From Phoronis australis (taxonomy: Eukaryota > Animalia > Phoronida), in NCBI GenBank assembly GCA_002633005.1, contig NMRA01000191.1:612466-676465 (forward strand): 64,000 bases of DNA. Reading direction: 5' to 3'. Below the pieces are notes generated by a model, which made no database searches, had not been told where the DNA came from, and worked only from the letters and a program-made list of their open reading frames with translations. Numbering within the stretch: the first letter of the stretch is position 1; each line of letters begins with the position of its first letter. This document shows positions 11,375 through 23,521 of this stretch, in pieces. Position numbers and translations under genes: made by a program.

Positions 11375-13674
11375 CAGGCCCTTAGGAAGGAAAAAATTAA
11401 AATTATTGGGGGGGGGGGGTCACAAACCAATTTGACTTCCCTAGCTACCCCCTTGCTATCGCCACCCCCCAAACCCGTTCTCTTGATGTCACCATATTTG
11501 TACCGAGTCCCCCATGTCAGCCATAGGTGGGGGTGATACCGGGAATGCAGCCATCAGGATTTGAGTAACCGTGAACCAGCAAAGTTTCCCGGAGGGTAAA
11601 AATGGGCCGCAACAGTGTATTCTTACCTATTCCTCAAAAAGCGAATGAATGTCTTTGAAACTTATTTTAGATGGGCAAGAAACGTCCAGGTGCACTTTAC
11701 TGTTTGGGGTTCTGATTATAGTTTTTTCCGTATTCAGGCTTCAACTAAATTCCACGAATCGTCATCATTTCTTAAAAGATTAGCTTCTAGTTGCCAAAAA
11801 TCATCTATTAACCTGTCGGTTTTCGGAGATACATAAACATGTAAAACAGAAACCAACGAATTTGTTAATCAAAATGGAATGCTATGAGCAATTTCCACAG
11901 CCATGTTCGCAGATTTTAGCGGGTAACCGGGAGGGGGGGATGGGAGATTGGGCATTCATAGTAAGGTGTATTTTTGCTCATTTCCGAGGTACCTACAACG
12001 GTTCACGAGTTTAACTTGACCTCTCCCCCCAAAAAACGCTGAAATCTTTGTTCGTTATTGAAAGTATTTGAATACTCTCGTTCACCCCAATAGTAGCCTC
12101 GACAGCAGTGTTTTCCACATGCGGGAATTCCTTACAAACAACTCATAGTAACCATTTTCAAAAGAGATACTATTCTTGTGATACTATGGGAAACAGTAAC
12201 ATTATTCTATGATCACATCATTTTTGGCCATAGTAACGATTAGAAAACGGACAATCTCTCACTCTCATTTCACCACATAGATGTGACTTGAATGGTAATC
12301 GACACTTGTTGTCCTGCTGTACATATCCTGATGATGTCTTATGAAGAGGCGAAACGTTGAGTTAACAAGAACTTTTTTATTTGTGCGGCTACTCTTCGCT
12401 TTCTAATTATTCTGAAACTAACCATCGGAAATAGTTCTTTCAGTATGTAATTAACAAATAGGGGTCTTCACGTTCTTCAAAATTCCACCCTTTCGATGGC
12501 GGTCAATCCTATTGTATTTTTCACATTTTTTGGATGTTTGGATCGAATGCCTTGATACGTCTGTGCTGCGCACAAATGTTTGTGTCTTTTATGAATTTGG
12601 AATCTCAACTTCCCTCGAGAATACTTGGCAGTGTCCATGGGCGGCGTACCAAAGGGGGCGGGGGGCTATAGCCCCACTTTTTCCGTGCTGGGCCGCCCAT
12701 GGTCTATAGGAGGTGCATCACAGGGGGCTGGGGGGCTTTAGCCCCCACGTTTTTCATTGCCCACGCCGCCCATGGTATCGGATTTTCATGTACATGTATA
12801 GTGGTACAAAGGGACATTTCCTCGATCTGCTCCACCGAGAGAGGGTACCGTCTGAAATGGGACACCTTAATTATGAAAGACTAAGCATCGTTAAGCTTGG
12901 AAAAGAGTGACAGTTCATTCCACCGTCGTGTGGTCACAAGACGGTGCAGGAAGTGACCCTCTTCAACACGAAATTCTGTTACACGATTTTGCAAAAAAAC
13001 AGTAAACTAGACGTAATCAAATCCAAAATAGGCCCTCTATCAGTGAGCGGACCCTTAATAATTTGTCAATAAAACATACAAAGGGTGGCCACTTGAATGT
13101 CATCAATGGCCTCCTTCAAACGTGGGGGCCCTCAGTATGAAATTTTCAATATTTTGAAAAATCAAGAAATGTGCAGCAATTGGTGATATCAGTCAGGGCA
13201 TCAAGTAATACACAATTCGAGAAAAAAAGCGGTACAGTTGTTTCCGTAATCCCTTGCCAGAGAGGGGCCTCTGGAAAAATGTGGTTTTGCAGTCGAAAAA
13301 ATTTGACTTATTAAATTTAAAAATCAAGTAAATTAGAAACGCTCCGCAAAATCTTCCTTATGCAATTTTTTCGATTTTTCTAAATATAATGCATGAATCA
13401 TTACGTGCCCGTTTTCAAGTGCGTTTAGACGACCCGTGCTTCGAAAGCGGAGACCCCAACAATGTCCTGGCCAGGATCCTCAAAGGTAAACCATGCAGTG
13501 ATACAGAGTTGTTAAATGTTTCTTTTGATTTTTCTCTCTTATCTGCATTTAGCAGTCTTTCTTTTCGCGACTGTCCCCGCCCCACGCGTACGTCGGTTGC
13601 CACGGTTGAACCCTGACGCCTGAAACTTTTTGGGGGGACCCGTGCCCCCCAGCCCCCCGCTTTCTACGGCCCTG
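11375..13674. mobile_element. Possible non-autonomous hAT-like element with ends resembling those of 2117-7645
   Basis: CAGGCCCTTAGGAA..ATTATTGGGGGG at 11375 and TTCTACGGCCCTG ending 13674; no clean TSD, so the pairing is uncertain. Confidence 0.45.
12636..12774. mobile_element. Dimeric CATGGGCGGCG MITE
   Basis: TIRs CATGGGCGGCG/CGCCGCCCATG; flanks GTGTC/GTATC. Confidence 0.85.
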
Positions 13675-13824
13675 GCTACTGGTACCTGGACGCTTACAAC
13701 ACAATCCGAGACCTCACGACTATGTTTTGCAGACTAATCTCCTACGATGCGTACAATTTGATTGCTGATCAACAGTTCAGACGTGCCCAAAATGTAATGT
13801 GTCGCATCCCTCATAAACTCATTA

Positions 13825-14095
13825 AGGATAGCAATTCCGGATGTTGACCTATGAACAGATATCAAAAACGGCTTTCTCATTCAATGCTCGGAAACAAAAT
13901 AATTCTCTGTAACCCTCTAAAACCCTCAAAAGATTGAGTGGAGGAAACTTTGAAAACCCTTTTCAAAGTCTGCTAAACGGGCGAACGTGACCTATGCTTT
14001 TAACGAATTACACCGCAACTGTGGGGAAAGACCACCCAGCAAGAATTGTAATATTCAATCTGTGTGACATGGTGATGTATCTAAACCCGCAGCAG
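13825..14095 (+). mobile_element. Kolobok-like short non-autonomous repeat (partial)
   Basis: Shares GGAGGAAACTTTGAAAA..TTCAAA..CGTGACCTA..GACCAC with 20261-20578 (inverted), 32470-32755 and 33812-34180. Confidence 0.7.
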
Positions 14096-15065
14096 ATTGA
14101 TAAAAAATGTCACCGTGCTCTCACAGTTAAGCAATTCCACTCAATGTTTTCTCTACAAAGACACACTCATATTGCTATGAATCTTTATCAGTACTCTACG
14201 CAAGCACACATGCCAGGGAAAAGGCAATGCCGGATTTACAGGAACAGAGGGACAATTGCCACGGTCTTTCCTCCATGAGAGGCCCGCTCCGAGAAGGTTC
14301 CCTTAGTATGAAAGGCCCTGTAATTGCAAACATACAGGAAGAGATTGGCAATTGTCACGAGGGCACTAGGGATTTTTAACATGACAGCAAGTGCAGTTTC
14401 ACAAAAACAACCCAGCAGTTAATTCCTTCATAGGGATTCCCCCTTAGGATGAGCTCCCTTAAAACAAAAGGATCAGCAATCTCAAAGACTGCAAAAGAGT
14501 AGATGTCATGACGGGGGCCCACATAAACAGAAAAAGAAGAGCAATCTACACAGAGAGCCCCTCTGACTGGGGCCGTTTAATAAAAATGATACTTTATTAG
14601 AAAAAAGAAAGAAAGTGACTCTTGATTTCATCACTGGTGCCCCTCCATGTGAAAAATTAAAAAAACACTAACAGTGCAGCAGGAGTTGGTTCAGTCTTTA
14701 GGTCCCCTTTCGACAGCAGACCTTCGTAGGACGCGGTATACAAAAGCAACGAAAGAGCAACAGTCAACCTGGAATCCACATGTTATGAAAGGACATATCG
14801 TTTGAAAATACAAAAAAGCATTAATTGATGCTATCATTTAGGAACCACGACTGCTCTGGGCTGTAAACTTAGAGTGTTGATATGCTACGTGACACCATAT
14901 GGCAACATAACGCAACATCACTGCAGTTTCCTGACTTTGCACCTCGCTTTTGTCCAGAATACGTAGATGCAATGAAGTTTTGTTTTCTGCAGGAGTCTTT
15001 TACTGCCTCAAAATGTATTGCCTCTCTCTCAAACCATGAAGAGCACACGATAATTTTTCATATCA

Positions 15066-16325
15066 TTTTTATGCGCCCACATATTTATATTGCCGTCATC
15101 TCTGTCTGGGCGTCCGGACGTCAGGCGTCCGCGGCGGTATCTCCTAGACCCCTTGCAGGATCTCATTGAAATTTGGCAGGTATGTTCCTATGGGGTTGAC
15201 GATAGAGGGCGACGAGTTTCGGACCGACCCGAATACCGCTGAGCCCCCTAGTGGGAATTTTAGTTTTTACGTTTGTCTCGGTATCTTCAAAGTTCTTCTA
15301 CCGATTTTCATGAAATTTGGCTCATAGGCATCTACTAGTGAGTTGCCGCTATCCTCCCGTTTTTGAATGGATTCGAGGCATGTTGAGCCGTCTAGTGACC
15401 ATTTTTACTACTTCCGAGTCCAGTTTTTTGGCGTCCGCCACTCTGTCAACCAAACCACTCTAAGAATGACTGCGAAAATTGGCATGTGTGCTTTTATTAA
15501 GAAGAAGACCACTTACGATGATTTTCCGACGACTTCAACCACTGTGGCGCCTCCTAGTGGCAGTTTTCTTTGGTTTGGCGCCCATGATTGTGTGTCCTAA
15601 AAACTCTACAGGATCTTTATTAAATGTAGCAAATGTGTTTAAGTTAACAAGAGACGACGCCAATTTTCGGACAGATCAGATTACAGGTGAGCCCCCAGTG
15701 GCAATTTTATTTTTTTACGTTTACCTCTGTATCTTCAAAGGTACTGAGTGGATTTCTATAAAATTTGGCACATAGGCATCCATTAAAAAGGTGACGCTAC
15801 TCTCCCGTTTTCGGATGGATTGGAGGTATTTTGTGCACCCTAGTGGCCATTTTTACTGTTTACTATTCTGTTTTTGCCGTCCGCCCTCTGTCAACCAAAC
15901 CACTCTTAATAAGATTGTGAAAATTGGCTTAAAAATCGTTAGTGTAAAGAGGACGGTTGACAATGATTTTCAGGCTTCAATTTTTGTGGCGTCTCCTTGT
16001 GGCAGTTTTTTTGCGCCCTCAGCTGTATCTCCTAAGCCCTCTGCAGAATGTTTATTAAAATTAAAAAGTGTATTTATATGACGTTGACAACGGTAGACGA
16101 CAACTTTCAAATGGATCCGATGAACCTTTGTCCATTAGTGGCAATTTCATTTTTTTCCGTTTGCTAAAGTTTCTTGACGGATTTTCATGAAATGTGGTAC
16201 ATAGCTTTCTGACATTTTCCAGTTTTTTTGATAAATTCGAAATATTTTGCACAATCTAGTGGCCATTTTTATGATAAAATAAGCACGCTAGAAGTAAACC
16301 GTTTGCAGTGCATTCGTGTTCTTAT
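15066..16325 (+). mobile_element. DINE-1/HINE-like (Helentron-associated) element with internal tandem repeats
   Basis: Starts TTTTTATGCGCCC, has a GTCC-like tract and repeated GAAATTTGGC and CCCCTAGTGGC units; homologous to 23522-25246. Confidence 0.7.
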
Positions 16326-17342
16326 TACAATCCAACATCCTTTTTCTCATATTTGACAAAAATTCAGATTGGTAACTCTGGGATCAGTTTAAGGAAGTGG
16401 GACTTAAGCCTTAACGTGTATTGATTATATGTAGGGTGTGATGTGCTCTTAATTAATTGGCTTATCCCTCATTGAGTAATTCAGTAACTATAAAGTGGGA
16501 ACGAAACAAACCCAGTTGTTTTGGCTAAAATTAAGCTTTAAAGATGTATTTGCATGCTCCTTACTGTGCTAATGTACAGCAGGAACTAAACGACGTCAAA
16601 ATGCTATTTGAATATCATCTACGCTAAGCAGAGTGCAGTTGTATTTATTGACATCTTGTAAATGTGAACACAAATGCAAATATGTGACCTTTGCGCTAAT
16701 GACGTATCTTGGGGGCTCACGCAGCCCCGCATCATGCAGTGTAATTCCGCAACACCACGTCAAGATGCTTACTGGATACGGTTGAGTGATTTACGGCAGA
16801 CCATTTTCGACACAAAACTCGTTCTTAAAAAACATTTCCAATTTTCAACATACTTCATATTCACATTGTCGCTATGTGTTGTATTTCTAGCTAATTTGAC
16901 TAAGCAATCACAAAGATTACCAATTAGCGTGCAAGTTCAACTTTAAACTAAGTACTGTAGATGTTCTCAAAATGAAGAAATTAAGGTGGAGTTATACCAG
17001 TAACGCAAAACAATTTGACATGCGAACGTTCGACAATGATCGCATTCAAACAAACGTTTAAAGTTACACCTCGCCCCTTTCCAGCCCCTATGTTTTATTA
17101 TTCATCCAATATTGTCAAATGAGCCGGCAACTCAAGTACGTCGCTGGTAACGCGTGGATGCACCAGTTTCGAATCCACTATTTTGGATTGACCAACCCCA
17201 AGAAAATTCTTAAGCGCCGACCATTTCCATGTTCTTGGTGGTAAAGGAAATAAAATCTTATACCACAATATTAGCTTAGAATGACAAATACAACCGTGTA
17301 ATATCCCATTATCTCACTAGTGAGATAACGTTTTGGCGGGAA

Positions 17343-17416
17343 ACCGAGGCCGGTTTGGAATACGGGCCTCAATAGTTTCAGGTCGCCGATTTTACCACTA
17401 CACCACTCAGCGGCTG
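17343..17416 (-). mobile_element. tRNA-derived SINE head (degenerate)
   Basis: Minus strand: A box TGGTGTAGTGG and a degenerate B box GTATTCCAAACC at tRNA-like spacing. Confidence 0.5.
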
Positions 17417-17928
17417 ACGTCATCGAAAATAGAATACTTAAATGACCACGCGCAACAATCGCATGTTCAGCAAAGGGCATTGTACCGACATTTATACGGT
17501 ATGAAAAATAAGACGCATAATTTCCATAAAAACGATATCTTAACTCAGTGAGAATTTTTTCTCATGTTCTTTCAATTGTAAATCGACGATCTCCAATTTG
17601 AATGCGGGTATCGTGTCGTTGGGATCCTTTGACTTGAGCTTTATACTCGGTTACCTGTGGTAACCTACTTTAGCACACGATATTTTCCCGGTCGAAGCTT
17701 AGCGTGATAAAATGTGTAGTAACCTATATTTATAGATTCACTTTAATTCTATTTTGTTTGAATTTTCAATTGTTTTTGAGTAAAAGCATTATTTGACAAA
17801 ATAGCTCGGCTTTTCTTAAAAGGTCACGACCTCCGACCCCAGGCCTCTGACACAGAAAGTAGTTACAAAGCCAGTCGAGAAAGGTAGATCGATTCATTGC
17901 AATGTTTCTCGTTCAGTATGTGGTATAA

Positions 17929-18093
17929 ATAGATTCTTACATGTTGTCACTCGTTATCCCCCGTTATCTAGAGCCCTCGTGGATTTTGGAGAATTATCAC
18001 CCTTGGGGCTGACGCCCCTGGGGCGATAATTCTCCAACATCCACTCGGGCTCTAGATAACGGAGGATAACGACTTCGCCATGTAATAATCTAT
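17929..18093. mobile_element. Palindromic hairpin MITE-like element
   Basis: CGTTATCCCCCGTTATCTAGAGCCC..GGAGAATTATC mirrored by GATAATTCTCC..GGGCTCTAGATAACGGAGGATAACG; half copy at ~38460-38527. Confidence 0.8.
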
Positions 18094-18134
18094 ATGTATC
18101 ACAATAAGGAATAGCACGATACCGATTTTATGAG

Positions 18135-18280
18135 AGTAAATAGCCCAATTCTTGGGCAGTAGTCTGATATAGCGTTCCCGTACTTTGAGAACCAGTTTGA
18201 TGCTCGTTATTTAGTGGAGAAACTAGTTTTCAAAATTCGGGCACGATATATCAGACTGTTACCCAATTCATGTTCGATTT
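18135..18280. repeat. Second imperfect palindrome/hairpin
   Basis: TTGGGCAGTAGTCTGATATAGCGTTCCCG pairs with CGGGCACGATATATCAGACTGTTACCCAA. Confidence 0.7.
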
Positions 18281-18538
18281 TTAGTCTGCTAAGCATGGTG
18301 AAATGCAGTTTTAATTAACAATTCTTGTTTCCATGCAAGACCATGTGTCATCGCAGTTAAGATGACAGTTGGCGGTTGTTAGAATGACAGAGTACTGACT
18401 GCGGCAGTGTATTCAATTAGACGTCGTCTGTGAGATTCGCTTTGTTGCAGGATGTGCCACGGGAGCCATGGGAATGGCTCACAAAGCGAGTCAAGTGTCT
18501 TTCTAGAATAAAAGAGGTACTATCTTTTCGACAGGCAC

Positions 18539-18700
18539 ATGCATAATTACCAAACGCTACATGAAGACGTGGACGCAAAGAACAGCCCTACCCAATCCGC
18601 TGTCAGAAATAACAGCGTTGATGATGACAACGACAAATACAACTTCAGGAAATTCGACGTCGTGGTCACAGTAGCCTGCATAGCTTCTTCTTTTACTTTG
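18539..18700 (+). CDS. MFS transporter (MFSD4/sodium-dependent glucose transporter 1-like), exon 1
   Basis: ATG, hydrophilic N-terminus, then the start of TM1 VVVTVACIASSFTL; phase-0 donor TTG|GTGAGA. Confidence 0.65.
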
Positions 18701-19558
18701 GTGAGAACCAATATCCGTACCTGCTCAATGTTTTCTGCTAATGCCTAATTTTGATAAATTGTTGAGCTCAGTTTTGTTGAAAATTATTACCAGCTTACAG
18801 TTCCGACCAAAAACAACTAGCCCTCGATAGCAAGTTTTTCGTGTTCATTGTTTATTTCATATAAATCAGACAGGAAATGCGCCTAGATTTAACAAATGTA
18901 ACCATGTCGTCTATATTGCCCAAAAGGAAAGTTTCATCCTAATATTTTGATCGAATCTTCAAAATATGACCCACAAGGCCTCGGAAAGTGGAATTATAAC
19001 AACGACCGATCACAAAAAATGATTGATTAAAGGATACCATTCCAAAGTACTAGACCCATTAACCACCTTCCAGTACATAGTTCGGACATGTCCATCACGT
19101 TACTACTACCAGCCAATAGTGAAACCGTAAGCAAAACAATACAGCCTTCCATTTTAGTGGAACAAACATTGATAATGTTGTGATACCGAATCGCTGAACA
19201 CTGAGTACATTTAAAATTATGCTAAAAATCACAGTACCAAATTGTTTGATTCAGTCTGAACGAAGTTCGTGTGATGTTAGTGAGTTAGTATTATAAGCAT
19301 CGTATACCTACCAAAGAGTGTAATCTTTAATTTTCTTAGGGCTCTTTGGGATATCGTGTCTCTGTGTTTCAAAGAAATAAAATAAAAAAATCATCGAAAA
19401 CTGAACCTGTTGTAATAGTGCGCTTGCATATTTGCCTTGCGCTGGTGGGATTTTGCCACGGTATTTATGGTGGACGTGGCCTAACTTCGTTTGTCAGAAC
19501 TATCCATACCCAACTGTTTTTTTCACGTTTTAGTTGCACGTTACCGTACTTGTTGCAG

Positions 19559-19815
19559 GCCATGTCTTCGTACTCTCTCGGTGCATTCCTTCCCGACCTC
19601 CTCGTGGTTCATTGTCGTACCCATTTCGGCAGGGTCGCTTGTGGGTAGCCTTGCTGCCCGATTTCTAATCTCCTTCTCAGCCAACAGTCTGGTGATGTTC
19701 TTTCTCACTCTCGCTAGAGCACTCACCCTCGCCGTAATTCCGTTGTTTACGACCATACAAGTGACGGGATCTTTTTTCTTCATTCACAGTGTATCAGTCG
19801 GCGCTTCTGAAGTCG
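19559..19815 (+). CDS. MFS transporter exon 2 (contains an apparent frameshift near 19600)
   Basis: Acceptor TTGCAG|; AMSSYSLGAFLPDL (cf. MFSD4 LGPTLLDL), then in another frame SAGSLVGSLAARFL..LTLAVIPLF..SVSVGASEV; phase-1 donor G|GTGAGC. Confidence 0.75.
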
Positions 19816-20260
19816 GTGAGCAACAAAATGTTTAGTCCACAATTACTAAAAGTGCATTAAACCTGTGGTCTGTGTGGAAGAAGTTTGCTGCTACAGAGTT
19901 GGTCTTCTTATTGAAATTTAAAAGTGGTCTTTGCTCTTGGGAAAACTATTACCTTGTTATTTATCCTGACGAAGATCATGAAATTTCAGGTCACGCCAAC
20001 ACTGTTTTGCTGAACATCATCTCTTCAGGACATGCAAATGCAGTTTGTATTTCTTTCGTAAGCCTTGTTGGCGAATCCAACAAAAATTTTCAATTCATGT
20101 GAAAGTCGCATATTTACTTCCTTCCTTCCTTCCAGAAAGGAAGGGGTATACAGTTAGCATTGATTCACACAGGCACATGTAAAGACAAATTAGAAAAATA
20201 AAATTGTGAATGTGTAACATTTTAGTGCAGCCAGACAGGGTTAATTCAGTGAAACTTTAA

Positions 20261-20578
20261 AGGATACTAAACTCTGTTTTGAGGATTTCAATCGATCCTC
20301 GTAAATGCATCATTGGCGTCAACCTTCCAAGGAAAAGGCAGGAATCAATTGATAACTCACATTCCCTATGTCACAGATTGTATATTATGGTCCTTGGTGG
20401 GTGGTCTTTTCCCACGGTTGCGTAGGTCACATTTACCCGTTTAAAAGACTTTGAAAGGAGTTTTCAAAGTTTCCTCCAAACTTTTACGGATTGTCGAGGG
20501 TTACTTTGTTTCAGAGAACTGGATGGGAAAGTCGTTTTTAGTATCTATTAATAGGCCAAAATCGGGTTTGGTATCCTT
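20261..20578 (-). mobile_element. Kolobok-like MITE (TTAA target) in MFS intron 2
   Basis: TTAA|AGGATAC ... GTATCCT(T)|TTAA; three more copies in the window. Confidence 0.75.
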
Positions 20579-22154
20579 TTAAACAAGACAGTTTATCCAA
20601 ATAAGAAGTCAAATCCCGCACTCGGTATGAAACAGACCATAGGCATATGAACAAAGTCGGAAAAAAGTCGGACAATAAAGTACCGTGGCTTCAATTGGCT
20701 CAGCCATCAGCCGTCAACTCATTGGTTTAGCACAGCAACTCGTTTTAACCTATTTTTTGCATTACTTTTTCATACTTAGGGATTTTCAGGACACCAAAAC
20801 TCACATGATGTACTGTCGTCACATGTTGATCGACTTACCTTTTAGTTTGCTATTCATGTACTCCACACCATTGCACTTTTTCAATGTCTCACACAATCAC
20901 GCCAAAACCGAACGATTTTATCTTTTACAATTCCACCTCGCGTTACCTGCTTTTTAGTCATAACGACGATAAGTTAAGTCAGCTACTAAAGCTGCTTAAT
21001 CTCCCCGATGTGCTCTTGCAAGATATCTTCTATACAACCGGTTCATGTAACACTACAGTGTAAATTTACCACCTCCGTGTCTATTAAGTGACGGATTTAA
21101 CGCCTATGGCCTACTTCATACCTCCATCACGCCATTTTTCCATACTCAAAGCATTGTCATAAATATCGGGAACGTCCGTATGTACATGTAAGTGTCTGTA
21201 AATCGTCGACAAAGCGCATCCAGCCCCGCCAACCTATTCGTGATCATCATTCCACCAGTCACTTAGAAGGGAGCGGGACTTCACCGAGATCTTAAGAACT
21301 AAATTCCAGATTATCGGATTTATCTTTGTTATGACGAAGAACTTTCCTGCCGGGATGGATAAAGACATTGATTTCAATACATTGCGTATTTCTTTTCTTT
21401 AAGAACGCTTTGTACGGTAAAACTAACGCAAAATTCTAGTTTGCCTTTGTAAAGTATCTGCAAGGAACATCGAAGTTGCCATGGCGTGAACACATTGATT
21501 TTAAGAAATAATAGGTCGAATATAAATGCACGGAAATCAAAACCTCCGAAAGAACTTATATTCACTCGAAGATTCGACTTGCCACTCGGCCATTTGCATT
21601 TTTAACCTACCGGTGAACCCATGAACTAAAGCATTCACTTGGCTTATTGGCTGGCATTCGGATCACTACATGGCGTCATTAGGTCAAAAACTAATAGTAG
21701 ACGATTTGCTTCGTTGTTGTTAGAGAACGGTAAAAAGAGGCGAAAAATAGCCAGTAAAACCGTTTGCGGTATCTAAACGTGTCAAGGGAATTCGATTTGG
21801 TTAGTACTAACAAGGTGAACAAGAATTTTTCTCCCGTTCTTTTGGTTTAAATCCATTTTACCATGTGGTGAAAGCCCTCCAGTGGACTCAGCTCTTTTTA
21901 AGAGCTGAGTCTTGGCTATAATATACCAAGCACTTGCTATATAGTCCCACGCATGCGCAATTCGTGTCTCCTGTTACTCGTAGTTTTTGAGAAAAGAACT
22001 GAGTTCAGAAGAAAAGAATTGCCGTCCATGACAAGAGTTGCAGTTTGCAAGAAAAAGACGTTAACGAGACAATTGTTAATGAGAACGTCCATACAGAACA
22101 TGAGGTAGGAAACTTGTCTACCGCGATCGAATAATGTTTCAATTTATTTTGCAG

Positions 22155-23188
22155 TAACAACCTTCATATTGTCATTATTGGGAGGAGAGAGTTACCGCAG
22201 TCAGTTCTTACAGCTGGAATACGGCAGCAAGGCCTTCGGCGCTGTCATTGCAATCTTAGTACTGGATCCCTTCCTCTCAAAACAAGAAACAACGCCAGGA
22301 AACGACACTATTCCCTTCCAACTGAATGATTCTTACCTACGTAATAGCTCTGTCGAAAAAACAACTCATTGGACCCACTCTCACCTGTTTTGGGGATGTC
22401 TAATCATTGCAGGTGTTTCATGCGTACCTGGGATATTGTTTGCTGTCTTGCACATTTGCAACCAAGAACAGAGAAAAGATGGAGATAAGAATCTTTCACA
22501 CCAAGCTTCCATAAAGTTAAGCGACTTCATGTTTAACGCTCCTTTGCTGGTGTCATTTTTCGTGTATTTTATGTTTGCTTGTCTTTGGTTTGGGATATTT
22601 TTCGCATACGAAAGTTTACTAACAATATTCTGCATTAAATCAGAACTGAGGCTCCCCAAGGGAGAAGGTGTGCTAATGACGATTTTTTATTGGGTATCTG
22701 TGGGACTGGGCAGAATAGCCATAATTCCACTATTCAAATGCTTGCCACCTTTTCATGTAGCTTGCTTTGATATGATTGTCGTCACAGCTTTTCTCATTGC
22801 GTTGAGTGTTTTCGGCCAACTGAGTAGTGAGGTTCTTTGGATAGGAACAGTTTTGGTTGGATTTTTTTTAGGTACAGCCGGACCATCTATACTAAGTTGG
22901 GCCTTGTTTAATATTGCCAGTGACCCTTTAATTATAACATGTTATGGAACCGCCTTAAATATTGGCGATATCGTTTTGGAACCATGGATTGGTAAGCTTA
23001 TGGATTCTGTTGGCCAGCAATGTATGTTCTATGGCCTGGCAGGTGGCGCTTTGGCCAGTCTGTTGTGCTTGGCCATTTTACCGAAGTTAGAGAAATGGGC
23101 ATCGCAAGAAAAAATACAGAAAGACTGCAGAGAGAGTACCGAGTTGACGAGAATAAACGTAAATCAGACAACAGAAGAAATTAAATAA
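22155..23188 (+). CDS. MFS transporter last exon
   Basis: Acceptor TTTTGCAG| is phase compatible with exon 2; long ORF with many TM segments and MFSD4-like motifs (LQLEYGSKAFGA..LDPFL, FYWVSVGLGRI, P.ILSW, GD.VL.PWIG.LMD). Confidence 0.9.
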
Positions 23189-23521
23189 GACTGTAGCGAA
23201 GAAACTTTAGACTTGGTCTACATGTTCACTTGTTTAAAAACAAGCAGCATAGATAGGCAATTAAGCTACGGAAACGAGGACAGGTCTGCAGTCTTTGTAA
23301 AGAAGTGGTTAAAGCAATGTTATTGGTCAATATCGTTTTTATGCTTGTTATAATTAAAATACCTGAACCACCCAACCAAACGGCGTTTGTTTGTGGCCAA
23401 AGAGCTGCTGACTCACAAAATTTTTTCGAGATGTATCTTTTAAATGCTGGGTCACATACGCAACACTAGTTTGATGAAATTTAAAACCTATTCATTACTT
23501 AAAAATACTCTCTCCGCTTCA

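Noticed and set aside
19340-19558. Alternative MFS exon (ORF 19346, acceptor at 19339)
   Set aside because: The 18539-18700 exon joined to 19559 gives a better TM1-LPDL match; not fully excluded.
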